From the NCBI GenBank assembly GCA_964291405.2, contig OZ219926.1:2272001-2336000 (forward strand): a DNA stretch of 64,000 nucleotides, given 5' to 3'. This document shows, in pieces, positions 9,181 through 17,811 of the stretch; positions within the stretch are counted from its first letter, which is position 1; the number at the start of each line of letters is the position of its first letter. Origin of the DNA: Thermodesulfobacteriota bacterium. Its GTDB lineage: Bacteria > Desulfobacterota > Binatia > Bin18. Both the position numbers and the translations under genes were made by a program. The notes beneath the pieces are model-generated. The model had not been told where the DNA came from and ran no database searches. It saw nothing but the letters and a program-made list of their open reading frames with translations.

Positions 9181-9675
9181 CTACGATCCCCGAGAAGTGC
9201 GACGCAGGCTTTCCCTTCTCTGCAAATTCTCAGGAAAGAACTCAGCGTCAAGAATTTCTTCCAAGCGAAAAGGGCAGGCTGCGGGAAAGCGCGCAACTGT
9301 CAGACCGGTTTGGTTGGCGGCGCTCCGGCGGGAGCGGGGGTATTGCCGCTTGACAAATTCTGGGAGCTGAGGACGCAGACTGGGGCTGTCTTGGAGCAAG
9401 TCGGCAAGCGCATCTCGTACATTGTCAATACTGTCTCGCCAGCTTCCTGAGCGACGTTGTTTTTGCTTGGCCCATTTCAAAAGGTGGATGAGAAGATCCT
9501 TCAGATAGCTTTCGACCGCGCGCCGTTCACTCCGCCCCATGTCTTCCAACTCCTCCGCGAGCACCTCATAATCAATCTGGTCAAACTGACGAGCACGAAG
9601 ACGGGCCGCCTGTTCGAGGAGCCACGCATGGTAGTCGTGCTCAGAGAGGGGTGGTTTTGCTGTTGGAACAGCCAT
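9181..9675 (-). CDS. DUF29 family protein
   Basis: DYHAWLLEQAARLR...LAEELEDMGRSE...LLIHLLKW...SPSL...FPAACPF signature. Confidence 0.88.
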   Translation of the reverse strand: MAVPTAKPPLSEHDYHAWLLEQAARLRARQFDQIDYEVLAEELEDMGRSERRAVESYLKDLLIHLLKWAKQKQRRSGSWRDSIDNVRDALADLLQDSPSLRPQLPEFVKRQYPRSRRSAANQTGLTVARFPAACPFRLEEILDAEFFPENLQRRESLRRTSRGS

Positions 9676-9703
9676 GACATTTCCTTGTTCACATCGTTTC
9701 GCG

Positions 9704-10090
9704 CTATTTCGCATCCATATATTTCACTGGGACCAACCTGTGGCCAAGCATATCGACAGCCGCTCCGCATTGCTCAAGCGCGATATAGCCCAGTAATGGC
9801 TCGTATTCACCGTTCTCTGGCTTCATGTCTATAAACAGCACTTCGTTGTAAATAGATCGAAATCCTTCCACGGTTATTTTTACCGGACCGCAGACTGTTC
9901 CTTGGACGACTTCTTGCGTCGCTGTTTGCAGTTCAACCGTCTCCTCCGAAGCAAACGCGCCGAACCGGCTCTTCCAGTGTAACGGTAGGGTGAGATAGCT
10001 TGCTCCGGTATCAACCAGGGCGTCCAGTTTCATGGACGAGCCGGTTTCGGAGAAGTTTTCGATATCCACCGTTGCGACTATTCTTCCCAT
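9704..10090 (-). CDS. Clan AA (retropepsin-like) aspartyl protease
   Basis: DALVDTGASYLTLP catalytic DTG motif and EPLLG C-terminal motif. Confidence 0.8.
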   Translation of the reverse strand: MGRIVATVDIENFSETGSSMKLDALVDTGASYLTLPLHWKSRFGAFASEETVELQTATQEVVQGTVCGPVKITVEGFRSIYNEVLFIDMKPENGEYEPLLGYIALEQCGAAVDMLGHRLVPVKYMDAK

Positions 10091-10174
10091 TGCCTATTGA
10101 CTCCCGGTAGTTCTCTGCGGCTTACCAGTCAGATAAAAAAAAGGAAAGGTCTCAACCGTGTTCTTCCTTAGTCT

Positions 10175-10201
10175 CCGAGCATCCTGAGCGAAGTCGAAGG
10201 A
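10175..10201. repeat. Single REP-like unit (CATCCTGAGCGAAGTCGAAGGA type)
   Basis: Resembles widespread intergenic CCTGAGC-N-GTCGAAGG repeats. Only one copy in the window. It is followed by hairpin TTCCCCT-C-AGAGGGGAA. Confidence 0.4.
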
Positions 10202-10247
10202 CACTACCCTTCCCCTCAGAGGGGAACTCCGCTACATATACCGCGCT

Positions 10248-10964
10248 ATGCCAACACAGGTGGATTCTCCAGGAATTCTGTATTTTATCGACCAGGGCGG
10301 GAATATAATGTATCTCATCATCGCCCTGTCCATTTTCGCGCTGGCTATTGTCCTTGCCAAGTTTTGGGGCTTGGCGCGATTTCGAACGCAGCTCAATCGG
10401 CTGTGTGAGCGCCTGCATCTCCTTATCCAGGGATCTGGAGGGAACCTCGACCAAGACGGCACCCTGAATGCGGCGCTCCAGGTCTGCCGCGAGCACAACA
10501 CGCCGCTCGGCCGACTATTCGAGGCGGCCTGCCTGCATCGCCTTGAGGAACGGACGGAGTTGACTCGGCGCCTGGAACGATTTGGAGGCGAGGTGGTGGC
10601 CGGGCTGGAGGCGTATATGACGGCCCTGGCAAGCGTGGTCGGAGTCGCGCCCATGCTGGGCTTCTTGGGCACGATTATTGGCCTGGTCGAAGCCTTTATG
10701 AGTTGGGAGACTCTGGGCGACCAAATTACCGTTGGCGTTCTGGCCGGTGGTATTTATAAAGCCATGTTGACCACGGCGGCAGGGCTGACGGTCGCCATCC
10801 CCTACTATCTTTTGTACAACCACCTGACCTCGCGCATACAGCGTTTGACCCGTCTGACCGAGACACGCACCGAAGAGCTCCTCGATGCCCTGACCGGGAC
10901 GACTGCGCAAGAAGCTCTCCCGGAGGCCGTACCGCTACAGGAGCCAACCCGTCATGCAGTTTAA
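10248..10964 (+). CDS. MotA/TolQ/ExbB proton channel protein
   Basis: VAPMLGFLGTIIGL and LAGGIYKAMLTTAAGLTVAIP. Confidence 0.92.
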   Translation: MPTQVDSPGILYFIDQGGNIMYLIIALSIFALAIVLAKFWGLARFRTQLNRLCERLHLLIQGSGGNLDQDGTLNAALQVCREHNTPLGRLFEAACLHRLEERTELTRRLERFGGEVVAGLEAYMTALASVVGVAPMLGFLGTIIGLVEAFMSWETLGDQITVGVLAGGIYKAMLTTAAGLTVAIPYYLLYNHLTSRIQRLTRLTETRTEELLDALTGTTAQEALPEAVPLQEPTRHAV

Positions 10965-11373
10965 ACGTAAGGCGAAAGTCTTGACGAGTATGGAGCCCCT
11001 GGCGCTGACTGATATCATCATCAATATGTTCATCTTCTTCTTCATCACCTTCAGTTTTCTGGCAACCTTTCAGAAAACACGCGAAGGCCAAGTCGATGTG
11101 AGCCTCCCCAAGGCTGCGTCTGCAAAACCTCCGGTTGAAAAAAAGCGCCTGAGTGTGAGCTTGAAGAAGGATGGCCAACTCTTCTTAGGTGAGACACCGA
11201 CGACTATTGCCGAACTCGAAGCCCGCTTTAAGGCCGAAAAGCTCCAAGGCGCGGACGTGACGCTTGTCATCCGGGCGGACGGCGATGTCACCCATAATCG
11301 AGTTGTTCAGGTTATGGACCTTGCGCGCACCGAAGGGCTCGGTCGTCTGGCCATTGCAACCCAGAGTCGCTAG
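10954..11373 (+). CDS. ExbD/TolR family protein
   Basis: LTDIIINMFIFF TM helix, VSLPKA, LVIRADGDV. Overlaps the upstream exbB-like gene. Confidence 0.9.
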   Translation: MQFKRKAKVLTSMEPLALTDIIINMFIFFFITFSFLATFQKTREGQVDVSLPKAASAKPPVEKKRLSVSLKKDGQLFLGETPTTIAELEARFKAEKLQGADVTLVIRADGDVTHNRVVQVMDLARTEGLGRLAIATQSR

Positions 11374-11440
11374 CGACTCGGGAGGAGGGGGACGAGCAAT
11401 CCTGCCTCTCCCAGGTCCGACAGCTAAAGCCCACTCAGGC

Positions 11441-12316
11441 ATGTCTCCCTGGCAAGAACGCAATCTGGCGGCAATCACCCGTCGCCTCACCCCACTCCGC
11501 CACTCCCCGCAAGGCATCCTCTTCGAGCGACGGTCTGCCTACAACCATATTGTCGTCAGGAGAAAACGTAATCAGTTCCTGCTCTGCTATCGACACCAGC
11601 AGAGTCGCGTTGAAGAAGTCCAATCTCGGCTCGACCCGCTCTCTCCGTTGGACCTCCTCTCCCCTTACACCCAGGCAATGTTGTTAGCCTTGGTGTGGTG
11701 TCCTCAACCTCGGCGTATTCTTTTTATCGGCCTTGGGGGTGGGCGGCTGCAAATGGTCTTGCACCATGTTTTTGAGCGGGCGCAACTGGATACCGTTGAG
11801 CTTGATCCCCTCGTGGTTGACATTGCTACCCGCTTCTTTGGGTTTCTCCCGGACGAGCGTCAGCGCACCGTGATTGCCGATGGCAGGTCGCATATACGCA
11901 CATTGGCGGCTGGGACGATGTACGATCTGATTATTCTGGACGCCTACCAAGCCGAAGGGGTAGCTCCTCATCTTTTGACCTATGACTTCTACTCCGAATG
12001 CTGTGCGCGTTTGGGACCCCATGGGCTGGTCGTTTCCAACCTGCACGCTTCTACACCCGTATATGATGCCGCGCGCAGGACGTTTGCCGCGGCCTTCCGA
12101 TATACGACTGCCTGCTCAGTACCGAGCGGTAATATCGCTGCGATAGGCAGTGATGCGGTTTCCCTGGACCTCAGGAAAATACAGGATCGAGTCGCTCTGG
12201 CAGAGCAGTCTGATATAAGCGGTCTGCCGCTTACAGCCTGGGCGAAGCATGTCTCTTTCCGTACCCCCTACCGGAGGAGGGCCTCTATCCTGCGAGATAG
12301 CAGACTTTCGTCATGA
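11441..12316 (+). CDS. Spermidine-synthase-like SAM-dependent methyltransferase
   Basis: ILFIGLGGG, VELDPLVV, IADGR, YDLIILDAY. The start is uncertain. Confidence 0.8.
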   Translation: MSPWQERNLAAITRRLTPLRHSPQGILFERRSAYNHIVVRRKRNQFLLCYRHQQSRVEEVQSRLDPLSPLDLLSPYTQAMLLALVWCPQPRRILFIGLGGGRLQMVLHHVFERAQLDTVELDPLVVDIATRFFGFLPDERQRTVIADGRSHIRTLAAGTMYDLIILDAYQAEGVAPHLLTYDFYSECCARLGPHGLVVSNLHASTPVYDAARRTFAAAFRYTTACSVPSGNIAAIGSDAVSLDLRKIQDRVALAEQSDISGLPLTAWAKHVSFRTPYRRRASILRDSRLSS

Positions 12317-12425
12317 ATCGTTGGTGTGGACCTCGCTGTCGCTTCTTCATTACTTGCTTCCATCGCCGCATGTTTTCAGCTACAACCCTTGCAAAAGCAA
12401 TCCGACTTGCTCCTAAGGCTGCCGT

Positions 12426-12761
12426 ATGTCCGCCAGACACCGCTTATATCTCCGGGTCGGAGATTATGTGATCCATCGCCGCTATGAAGAATGGGGGACG
12501 GGGAAGGTTGTCGAGGAGATGACCTCGGTCCTGGAAGGTGGGACCTGTCTAGCGCGGGTGAACTTTGAGGATGGGCAGCAGCGCACCTTTGATAATAATC
12601 TTGATAGCCAGTCCTGTTGTTATTTTTTTGGTGTGCGGCGCCATGAGCATCCCTTGTTGGACCCGGACGGTGACCCTGATTTCGCTATCGCTTCTCAGAA
12701 GCCTGTAAAGCGACGGACTCAACGGACAAAGCGCACGGCCAAGCGTCTCCCCCGAGGCTAG
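12426..12761 (+). CDS. DUF3553-like small protein
   Basis: VGDYVIH...WGTGKV...VNFEDG SH3-like pattern, with a basic tail. Confidence 0.6.
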   Translation: MSARHRLYLRVGDYVIHRRYEEWGTGKVVEEMTSVLEGGTCLARVNFEDGQQRTFDNNLDSQSCCYFFGVRRHEHPLLDPDGDPDFAIASQKPVKRRTQRTKRTAKRLPRG

Positions 12762-12814
12762 AGCAAAATTCACATGAGTGTAGCGTCCAACGGCCTCCGC
12801 GCGTTTCCTGATAA

Positions 12815-12866
12815 GTAGGGTGCGCCCTGCGCACCGGGGAAAGGTGGTGCATGGGATGCACCCGAC
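12815..12866. repeat. GTAG-family REP inverted pair (REPIN-like)
   Basis: GTAGGGTGCGCCCTGCGCACC (12815-12835) and inverted GGTGCATGGGATGCACCCGAC (12846-12866), between convergent genes. Confidence 0.7.
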
Positions 12867-12918
12867 GGAACTCTGGAGAGCACCTCGCTACACCACGGAG
12901 GAAACTGCTCTAGCCGAT

Positions 12919-13143
12919 TTATTGGTGAGATTCGGACGCTGTTTCTTGCGGCGTTTCGGCAACTTCCAGGGCTTCCCCTTTGGGACCGGTCCGTCTGACC
13001 CGTCTCAGTTCAAGTGTTCGAACAGTATCGGGATTTACCCACGGCAGACCCATGGCGCAGGGTTTTGCCATGCCTTCCTCCTCAACCTCTTCATAGTGTG
13101 GAAAGCCTGCCCTGCCGAAGTCGACCATCATCCGTTTGCCCAT
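12919..13143 (-). CDS. Small hypothetical protein
   Basis: 74 aa ORF with a GAGGAG RBS, divergent from ileS. Confidence 0.55.
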   Translation of the reverse strand: MGKRMMVDFGRAGFPHYEEVEEEGMAKPCAMGLPWVNPDTVRTLELRRVRRTGPKGEALEVAETPQETASESHQ

Positions 13144-13299
13144 CCGCGATTCTCCTCATGATCTTGATGCTCTATTACATGGCCCTTCTGTGACATCGGG
13201 TCAAGTCCGCCCATCCGTACCGAGTGCCCTCTAGCAAAATGAGACCCCAATCGGTAGCCTAGATGACAAATCTACTGTTCGGGTGAGGAATACAACGAG

Positions 13300-16200
13300 A
13301 TGAAACCGGTTGCGGAAAACGTGAAGCTGGCCGAGGTCGAACTTGCAGTGCTACAGGCGTGGGATAGGAACGATATTTTTCAGAAGACCTTGGCCAAAAC
13401 CCAATCGCAACCGCCCTTTATTTTCTATGACGGTCCACCCTTTGCGACTGGACTCCCGCACTACGGGCATTTATTGGCTGGGACGATTAAAGACATTATT
13501 CCCCGTTTTTGGACCATGCGCGGGCGGCATGTGGACCGCCGATTTGGCTGGGACTGTCACGGTCTGCCGGTCGAGATGGAAATCGAGCAGGCCCTCGGAG
13601 TGAGCGGCAAAGCCGAGATCGAAAAATTCGGGATTGCCAATTTTAATAATGAGTGCCGGAAGATTGTCCTGCGCTACACCCAGGAGTGGGAAAAAACGGT
13701 GCGGCGGATGGGCCGCTGGGTCGATTTCCGGAATGACTATCGGACCATGGATGCCTCCTTCATGGAGACCGTGTGGTGGGTATTCCGGCAGATGTGGGAC
13801 CAGGACCTGGTTTATGAAGGCTATAAAGTCCTGCCGTTTTCCACCCGGCTGGGAACCGTGCTGTCTAATTTTGAAGCCAACCTGAACTATAAAGACGTCC
13901 AAGACCCGGCTATCACGGTGCGCTTTGCGGCCGAAGGCGAAGAGCAGGTCTTTTTTATTGCCTGGACCACCACCCCCTGGACCCTACCGTCGAATCTGGC
14001 CTTAGCCGTTGGCTCTGACATCGACTATGTGAAAGTCCGCGACCACACGGATAAAGTCAGCTACATTATGGCCGAGGCCCGGCTCAAGACCTACTTCCCC
14101 AAGGAAGACAGCTACACTATTGAGGCCCGCTATCAGGGTAAAGACCTCGCCGGACGGACGTTTATCCCGCTGTTTCCCTATTTTGTCGATCAAAAGGAGG
14201 GCGGCGCTTTTCGGGTTATCGAGTCCGAGCATGTGACCACCGAAGACGGGACCGGTATCGTCCATATGGCCCCGGCCTTTGGGGAAGAGGATTTTTATGC
14301 CTGCCAGAAGGCGGGTATTCCCTTGGTGAACCCGGTCGATGATGACGGCCGGTTTACCTCGGATGTCAGGGATTTTGTGGGCCTGCACGTCAAAGAAGCC
14401 GACCCCAAAATCATCCAGCGGCTCAAACAGGCAAAACAACTCGTTCACCAGGGTACGATCCAACACAGTTATCCCTTCTGTTGGCGGAGCGAGACCCCTC
14501 TCATCTATAAGGCTGTTACGACCTGGTTTGTGCGGGTTGAAGCCCTTCGGGAGCGGCTGGTGAAAAATAACCAGCTGACGGCCTGGGTCCCGGATCATCT
14601 ACGAGACGGGCGCTTTGGCAACTGGCTGGAGAACGCGCGCGACTGGGCGATTAGCCGTAATCGGTATTGGGGGACACCGCTGCCGATCTGGAAAAACGAT
14701 ACCGGCTCCGAAGTCGTGAGCCTGGGCAGCATTGATGAACTCGCCGAGCGGACCGGAACGCGGGTAGACGATCTCCATCGTGAATTTGTCGATGACCTGA
14801 CGTTTCCCGACTCAACCGGGAGCGGTGTCATGCGACGGGTGCCACAGGTGTTCGACTGCTGGTTTGAGAGTGGCTCGATGCCCTATGCACAAATTCACTA
14901 TCCGTTTGAGAACGCCGAGCACTTCTCACGGGTGTTTCCCGCAGACTTTATTGCCGAAGGGCTGGACCAGACCCGAGGCTGGTTTTATACCCTGGTGGTC
15001 GTCTCTGCCGCGCTGTTTGACAAGCCGGCTTTCCACAACGTTGTTGTCAATGGGATGGTGTTGGCCGAAGACGGCAAGAAGATGAGCAAACGGCTCAAGA
15101 ACTATCCTGAGCCCGAAGAGATTCTGGCCGAGCATGGGGCCGATGCCCTGCGCCTCTACCTGATCAACTCGCCCCTGGTCCGGGCTGAGGAACTCCGCTT
15201 TAGTGAGCGCGGTGTGCGGGATACGGTCCGCCGCCTGCTCCTGCCGTGGTGGAACGCCTATAAATTCTTTGTCACGTATGCCTTGGTTGATGAGTGGCGT
15301 CCGTCACACGCGCCAGAGGCGATGTCGCCAAATATTTTGGATCGCTGGATTCTCTCGCGCAAACAAACCCTGATTCGGCGGGTCAGTGCCGAGATGGAGA
15401 ACTATCGGCTGTACAATGTGGTCCCCGCTTTGCTTGATTTTCTCAACGAGCTGACCAATTGGTATGTCCGTCTCAACCGGCGTCGTTTCTGGAGTGAGGC
15501 CGATTTTACCGCCGAAGGCAAAGAGGCGGCTGACAAACAGTACGCCTACCAGGCCCTGTACGATGTCCTGCTGACCTTTTCCAAGCTCATGGCACCGTTT
15601 ACGCCGTTTCTGGCGGATGCCATTTATACGAATCTGGTCACGCTCCAAGAGGCCGGAGCAGAAGAAAGTGTGCATCTCGAACCGTTTCCCGATTACGATG
15701 AAAGCCAGGTGGACACTCGGCTCGAAGATGCCGTGACCCGGATGCAGCGGGTAATCTTACTGGGGAGGAGTTTGCGGAACGAACGGAAGGTCAAAGTGCG
15801 CATCCCGCTCCAAACGCTAACGGTCCTCCATCGTCAACAAGGGATTCTTGATGAACTGCGTCCCTTGGAAGGCTATATGCAGGAAGAATTGAACGTCAAA
15901 GAGATCGTGTACAGCACGGCGGAAGCTGAGAAAGTCACGCTCAGCGCAAAGCCAAACGCGCAGCTCCTCGGCCCTCGCTTTGGGAAGGCCTTTGGACAGA
16001 TTCGCAAACGGATTACCGATCTGGCCATCGATCAGATGCTCATACTTGAAGCGGGAGATTCGATTCAACTCAATGGGGACGCCTTCCAACCCGAGGAGAT
16101 TCAGATCCTGCGCCATGCGCGTGAAGGGTTGCCGGATATCCGTTCGGACCGATTTATCTCTATCGATTTTCCGTGCGAGCTGAACGACGACCTGATCGCG

Positions 16201-16458
16201 GAAGGGTTGGCACGTGAGGTTGTGCATTGTATCCAACAACTCCGCAAGGAAGCTGGTTATCAGGTAGAAGACCGCATTGCGGTCAGCTATGAAGCGGATG
16301 GGCGCTTACATGATGCCATTACGCAACACAAAACCTATATCCAACAAGAGACCCTGGCCCACGCCCTGGTGCACTGCCAGCCAGGTGGAGATCAGGTCCA
16401 GAGTGTAGAGATTGATGGCGCGAATCTGACGGTTGGCGTGCAGCGTGAGTCTGCCTGA
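13300..16458 (+). CDS. ileS: Isoleucine--tRNA ligase (type 2)
   Basis: DGPPFATGLPHYGH, GWDCHGLP, WTTTPWTLPSN, DWAISRNRYWGTP, KMSKR, and a type 2 C-terminus. Confidence 0.97.
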   Translation: MKPVAENVKLAEVELAVLQAWDRNDIFQKTLAKTQSQPPFIFYDGPPFATGLPHYGHLLAGTIKDIIPRFWTMRGRHVDRRFGWDCHGLPVEMEIEQALGVSGKAEIEKFGIANFNNECRKIVLRYTQEWEKTVRRMGRWVDFRNDYRTMDASFMETVWWVFRQMWDQDLVYEGYKVLPFSTRLGTVLSNFEANLNYKDVQDPAITVRFAAEGEEQVFFIAWTTTPWTLPSNLALAVGSDIDYVKVRDHTDKVSYIMAEARLKTYFPKEDSYTIEARYQGKDLAGRTFIPLFPYFVDQKEGGAFRVIESEHVTTEDGTGIVHMAPAFGEEDFYACQKAGIPLVNPVDDDGRFTSDVRDFVGLHVKEADPKIIQRLKQAKQLVHQGTIQHSYPFCWRSETPLIYKAVTTWFVRVEALRERLVKNNQLTAWVPDHLRDGRFGNWLENARDWAISRNRYWGTPLPIWKNDTGSEVVSLGSIDELAERTGTRVDDLHREFVDDLTFPDSTGSGVMRRVPQVFDCWFESGSMPYAQIHYPFENAEHFSRVFPADFIAEGLDQTRGWFYTLVVVSAALFDKPAFHNVVVNGMVLAEDGKKMSKRLKNYPEPEEILAEHGADALRLYLINSPLVRAEELRFSERGVRDTVRRLLLPWWNAYKFFVTYALVDEWRPSHAPEAMSPNILDRWILSRKQTLIRRVSAEMENYRLYNVVPALLDFLNELTNWYVRLNRRRFWSEADFTAEGKEAADKQYAYQALYDVLLTFSKLMAPFTPFLADAIYTNLVTLQEAGAEESVHLEPFPDYDESQVDTRLEDAVTRMQRVILLGRSLRNERKVKVRIPLQTLTVLHRQQGILDELRPLEGYMQEELNVKEIVYSTAEAEKVTLSAKPNAQLLGPRFGKAFGQIRKRITDLAIDQMLILEAGDSIQLNGDAFQPEEIQILRHAREGLPDIRSDRFISIDFPCELNDDLIAEGLAREVVHCIQQLRKEAGYQVEDRIAVSYEADGRLHDAITQHKTYIQQETLAHALVHCQPGGDQVQSVEIDGANLTVGVQRESA

Positions 16459-16710
16459 CTGCTGCTCAGTGATTGATTCCTCTCCCATCCATTAGCACGG
16501 GGTGTGAGTGACTCGCATCCGTGGGGTGGACGCTGCGGCTCTCCTTGGGGCAACGGACCTCATACGTTTCGACGTCATTCTGCCGAATCAGCCGAGAGGA
16601 CCCTTGTGATATTGACCCGCTATCAGGGGCCGATTAAGGTGGAAAAGGTGAGGACTTGTTCCGATATTCAGAGAAAGCAAAAGAGAAGATCGTCGTCTGG
16701 GAGGTTTGAG

Positions 16711-17055
16711 ATGTACACGAAGAGCGGAATCCGATGGGGTGGTATCCTGGTACTGGCAGCGTTTCTTGTGAGCGCCTGCTCTCAACCTCTCTCAACCCGA
16801 GAGAAAGGCACACTGGGAGGCGCGGGACTCGGCGCGGCAACTGGCGCAATTATCGGGGCTGTCGTGGGGAGTCCTGGGGCTGGGGCCGCCATTGGTGGGG
16901 CGCTGGGAGGTGTCACCGGTGCCGTCGTGGGTGATAAAATGCAAAATCAAGAAACCCAGCAGCAGGACCAGCAACTTCAGCTTGAGCGGCAACGGCGCGA
17001 GCTTGAGCAGCAGCGGCAGGAACTCGAAGAACTCAAACGGCAGCAAGAATACTAA
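16711..17055 (+). CDS. Glycine-zipper lipoprotein with coiled-coil tail
   Basis: Lipobox VSAC, GAGLGAATGAIIG glycine zipper and Q/E-rich coil. GGAGG RBS. Confidence 0.85.
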   Translation: MYTKSGIRWGGILVLAAFLVSACSQPLSTREKGTLGGAGLGAATGAIIGAVVGSPGAGAAIGGALGGVTGAVVGDKMQNQETQQQDQQLQLERQRRELEQQRQELEELKRQQEY

Positions 17056-17074
17056 ACCGGAGAAAGTGTTGGCT

Positions 17075-17785
17075 ATGAGAAAGACTGTCTTTCCTCTGCT
17101 GATGTTCATGCTGGTCTTTGTGGTCGGCTGTTCTCAGCCCTTGTCGACCCGAGAGAAGGCGACGCTGGGTGGTGCGGGTCTCGGGGCCGCCACCGGTGCA
17201 ATTATTGGCGCAGCGGTTGGAAATCCGGGGGCCGGAGCTGCCATTGGTGGAGCGCTTGGAGGTGTCACCGGTGCCGTCGCCGGTGATCGATTTCAGAAAC
17301 GTGATACTGAACTTGCAGCGAACCAGCAGCAAATCGAGCGGCAACGCCAAGAGATAGCGCGTAACCGCCAACTCCTAGAAGAACTCAAGCGACGAAATCT
17401 TGAGGCGCGTGAGACCGAGCGCGGAGTGGTGGTCAATCTTCCGGATGTCCTGTTTGAATTCGGTCGGTCTGATTTGACCGGTGATGCGCAGGGTCGAGTC
17501 CAGGGCATTGCTGATGTGCTGAATGATCAGGCTCAGGGACGACGGGTATCGATTGAAGGTCATACCGACGCTATTGGCAGCGAAGAAGCAAACCAACTCT
17601 TGTCTGAAAGACGGGCAGCCAGTGTCGCCGGTGCCTTGACGACATCGGGGGTCGACCAGGCCCGGGTGACAACAACGGGCTACGGCGAACGGTATCCGGT
17701 TGCACCCAATACCAACCCCGATGGCTCGGATAACTCAGCCGGTCGAGCCAAAAATCGCCGGGTTGAAGTCGTAATTGAAAACTAG
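17075..17785 (+). CDS. OmpA-family lipoprotein with glycine zipper
   Basis: Lipobox VVGC, glycine zipper, IEGHTD, NQLLSERRA, NRRVE. Confidence 0.92.
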   Translation: MRKTVFPLLMFMLVFVVGCSQPLSTREKATLGGAGLGAATGAIIGAAVGNPGAGAAIGGALGGVTGAVAGDRFQKRDTELAANQQQIERQRQEIARNRQLLEELKRRNLEARETERGVVVNLPDVLFEFGRSDLTGDAQGRVQGIADVLNDQAQGRRVSIEGHTDAIGSEEANQLLSERRAASVAGALTTSGVDQARVTTTGYGERYPVAPNTNPDGSDNSAGRAKNRRVEVVIEN

Positions 17786-17811
17786 CGGTCTGCTACGAGT
17801 TGGGAAATTGC

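Noticed and set aside
13143-13300. T-box riboswitch upstream of ileS
   Set aside because: The spacer is short, shared with a divergent gene, and has no T-box consensus or terminator.
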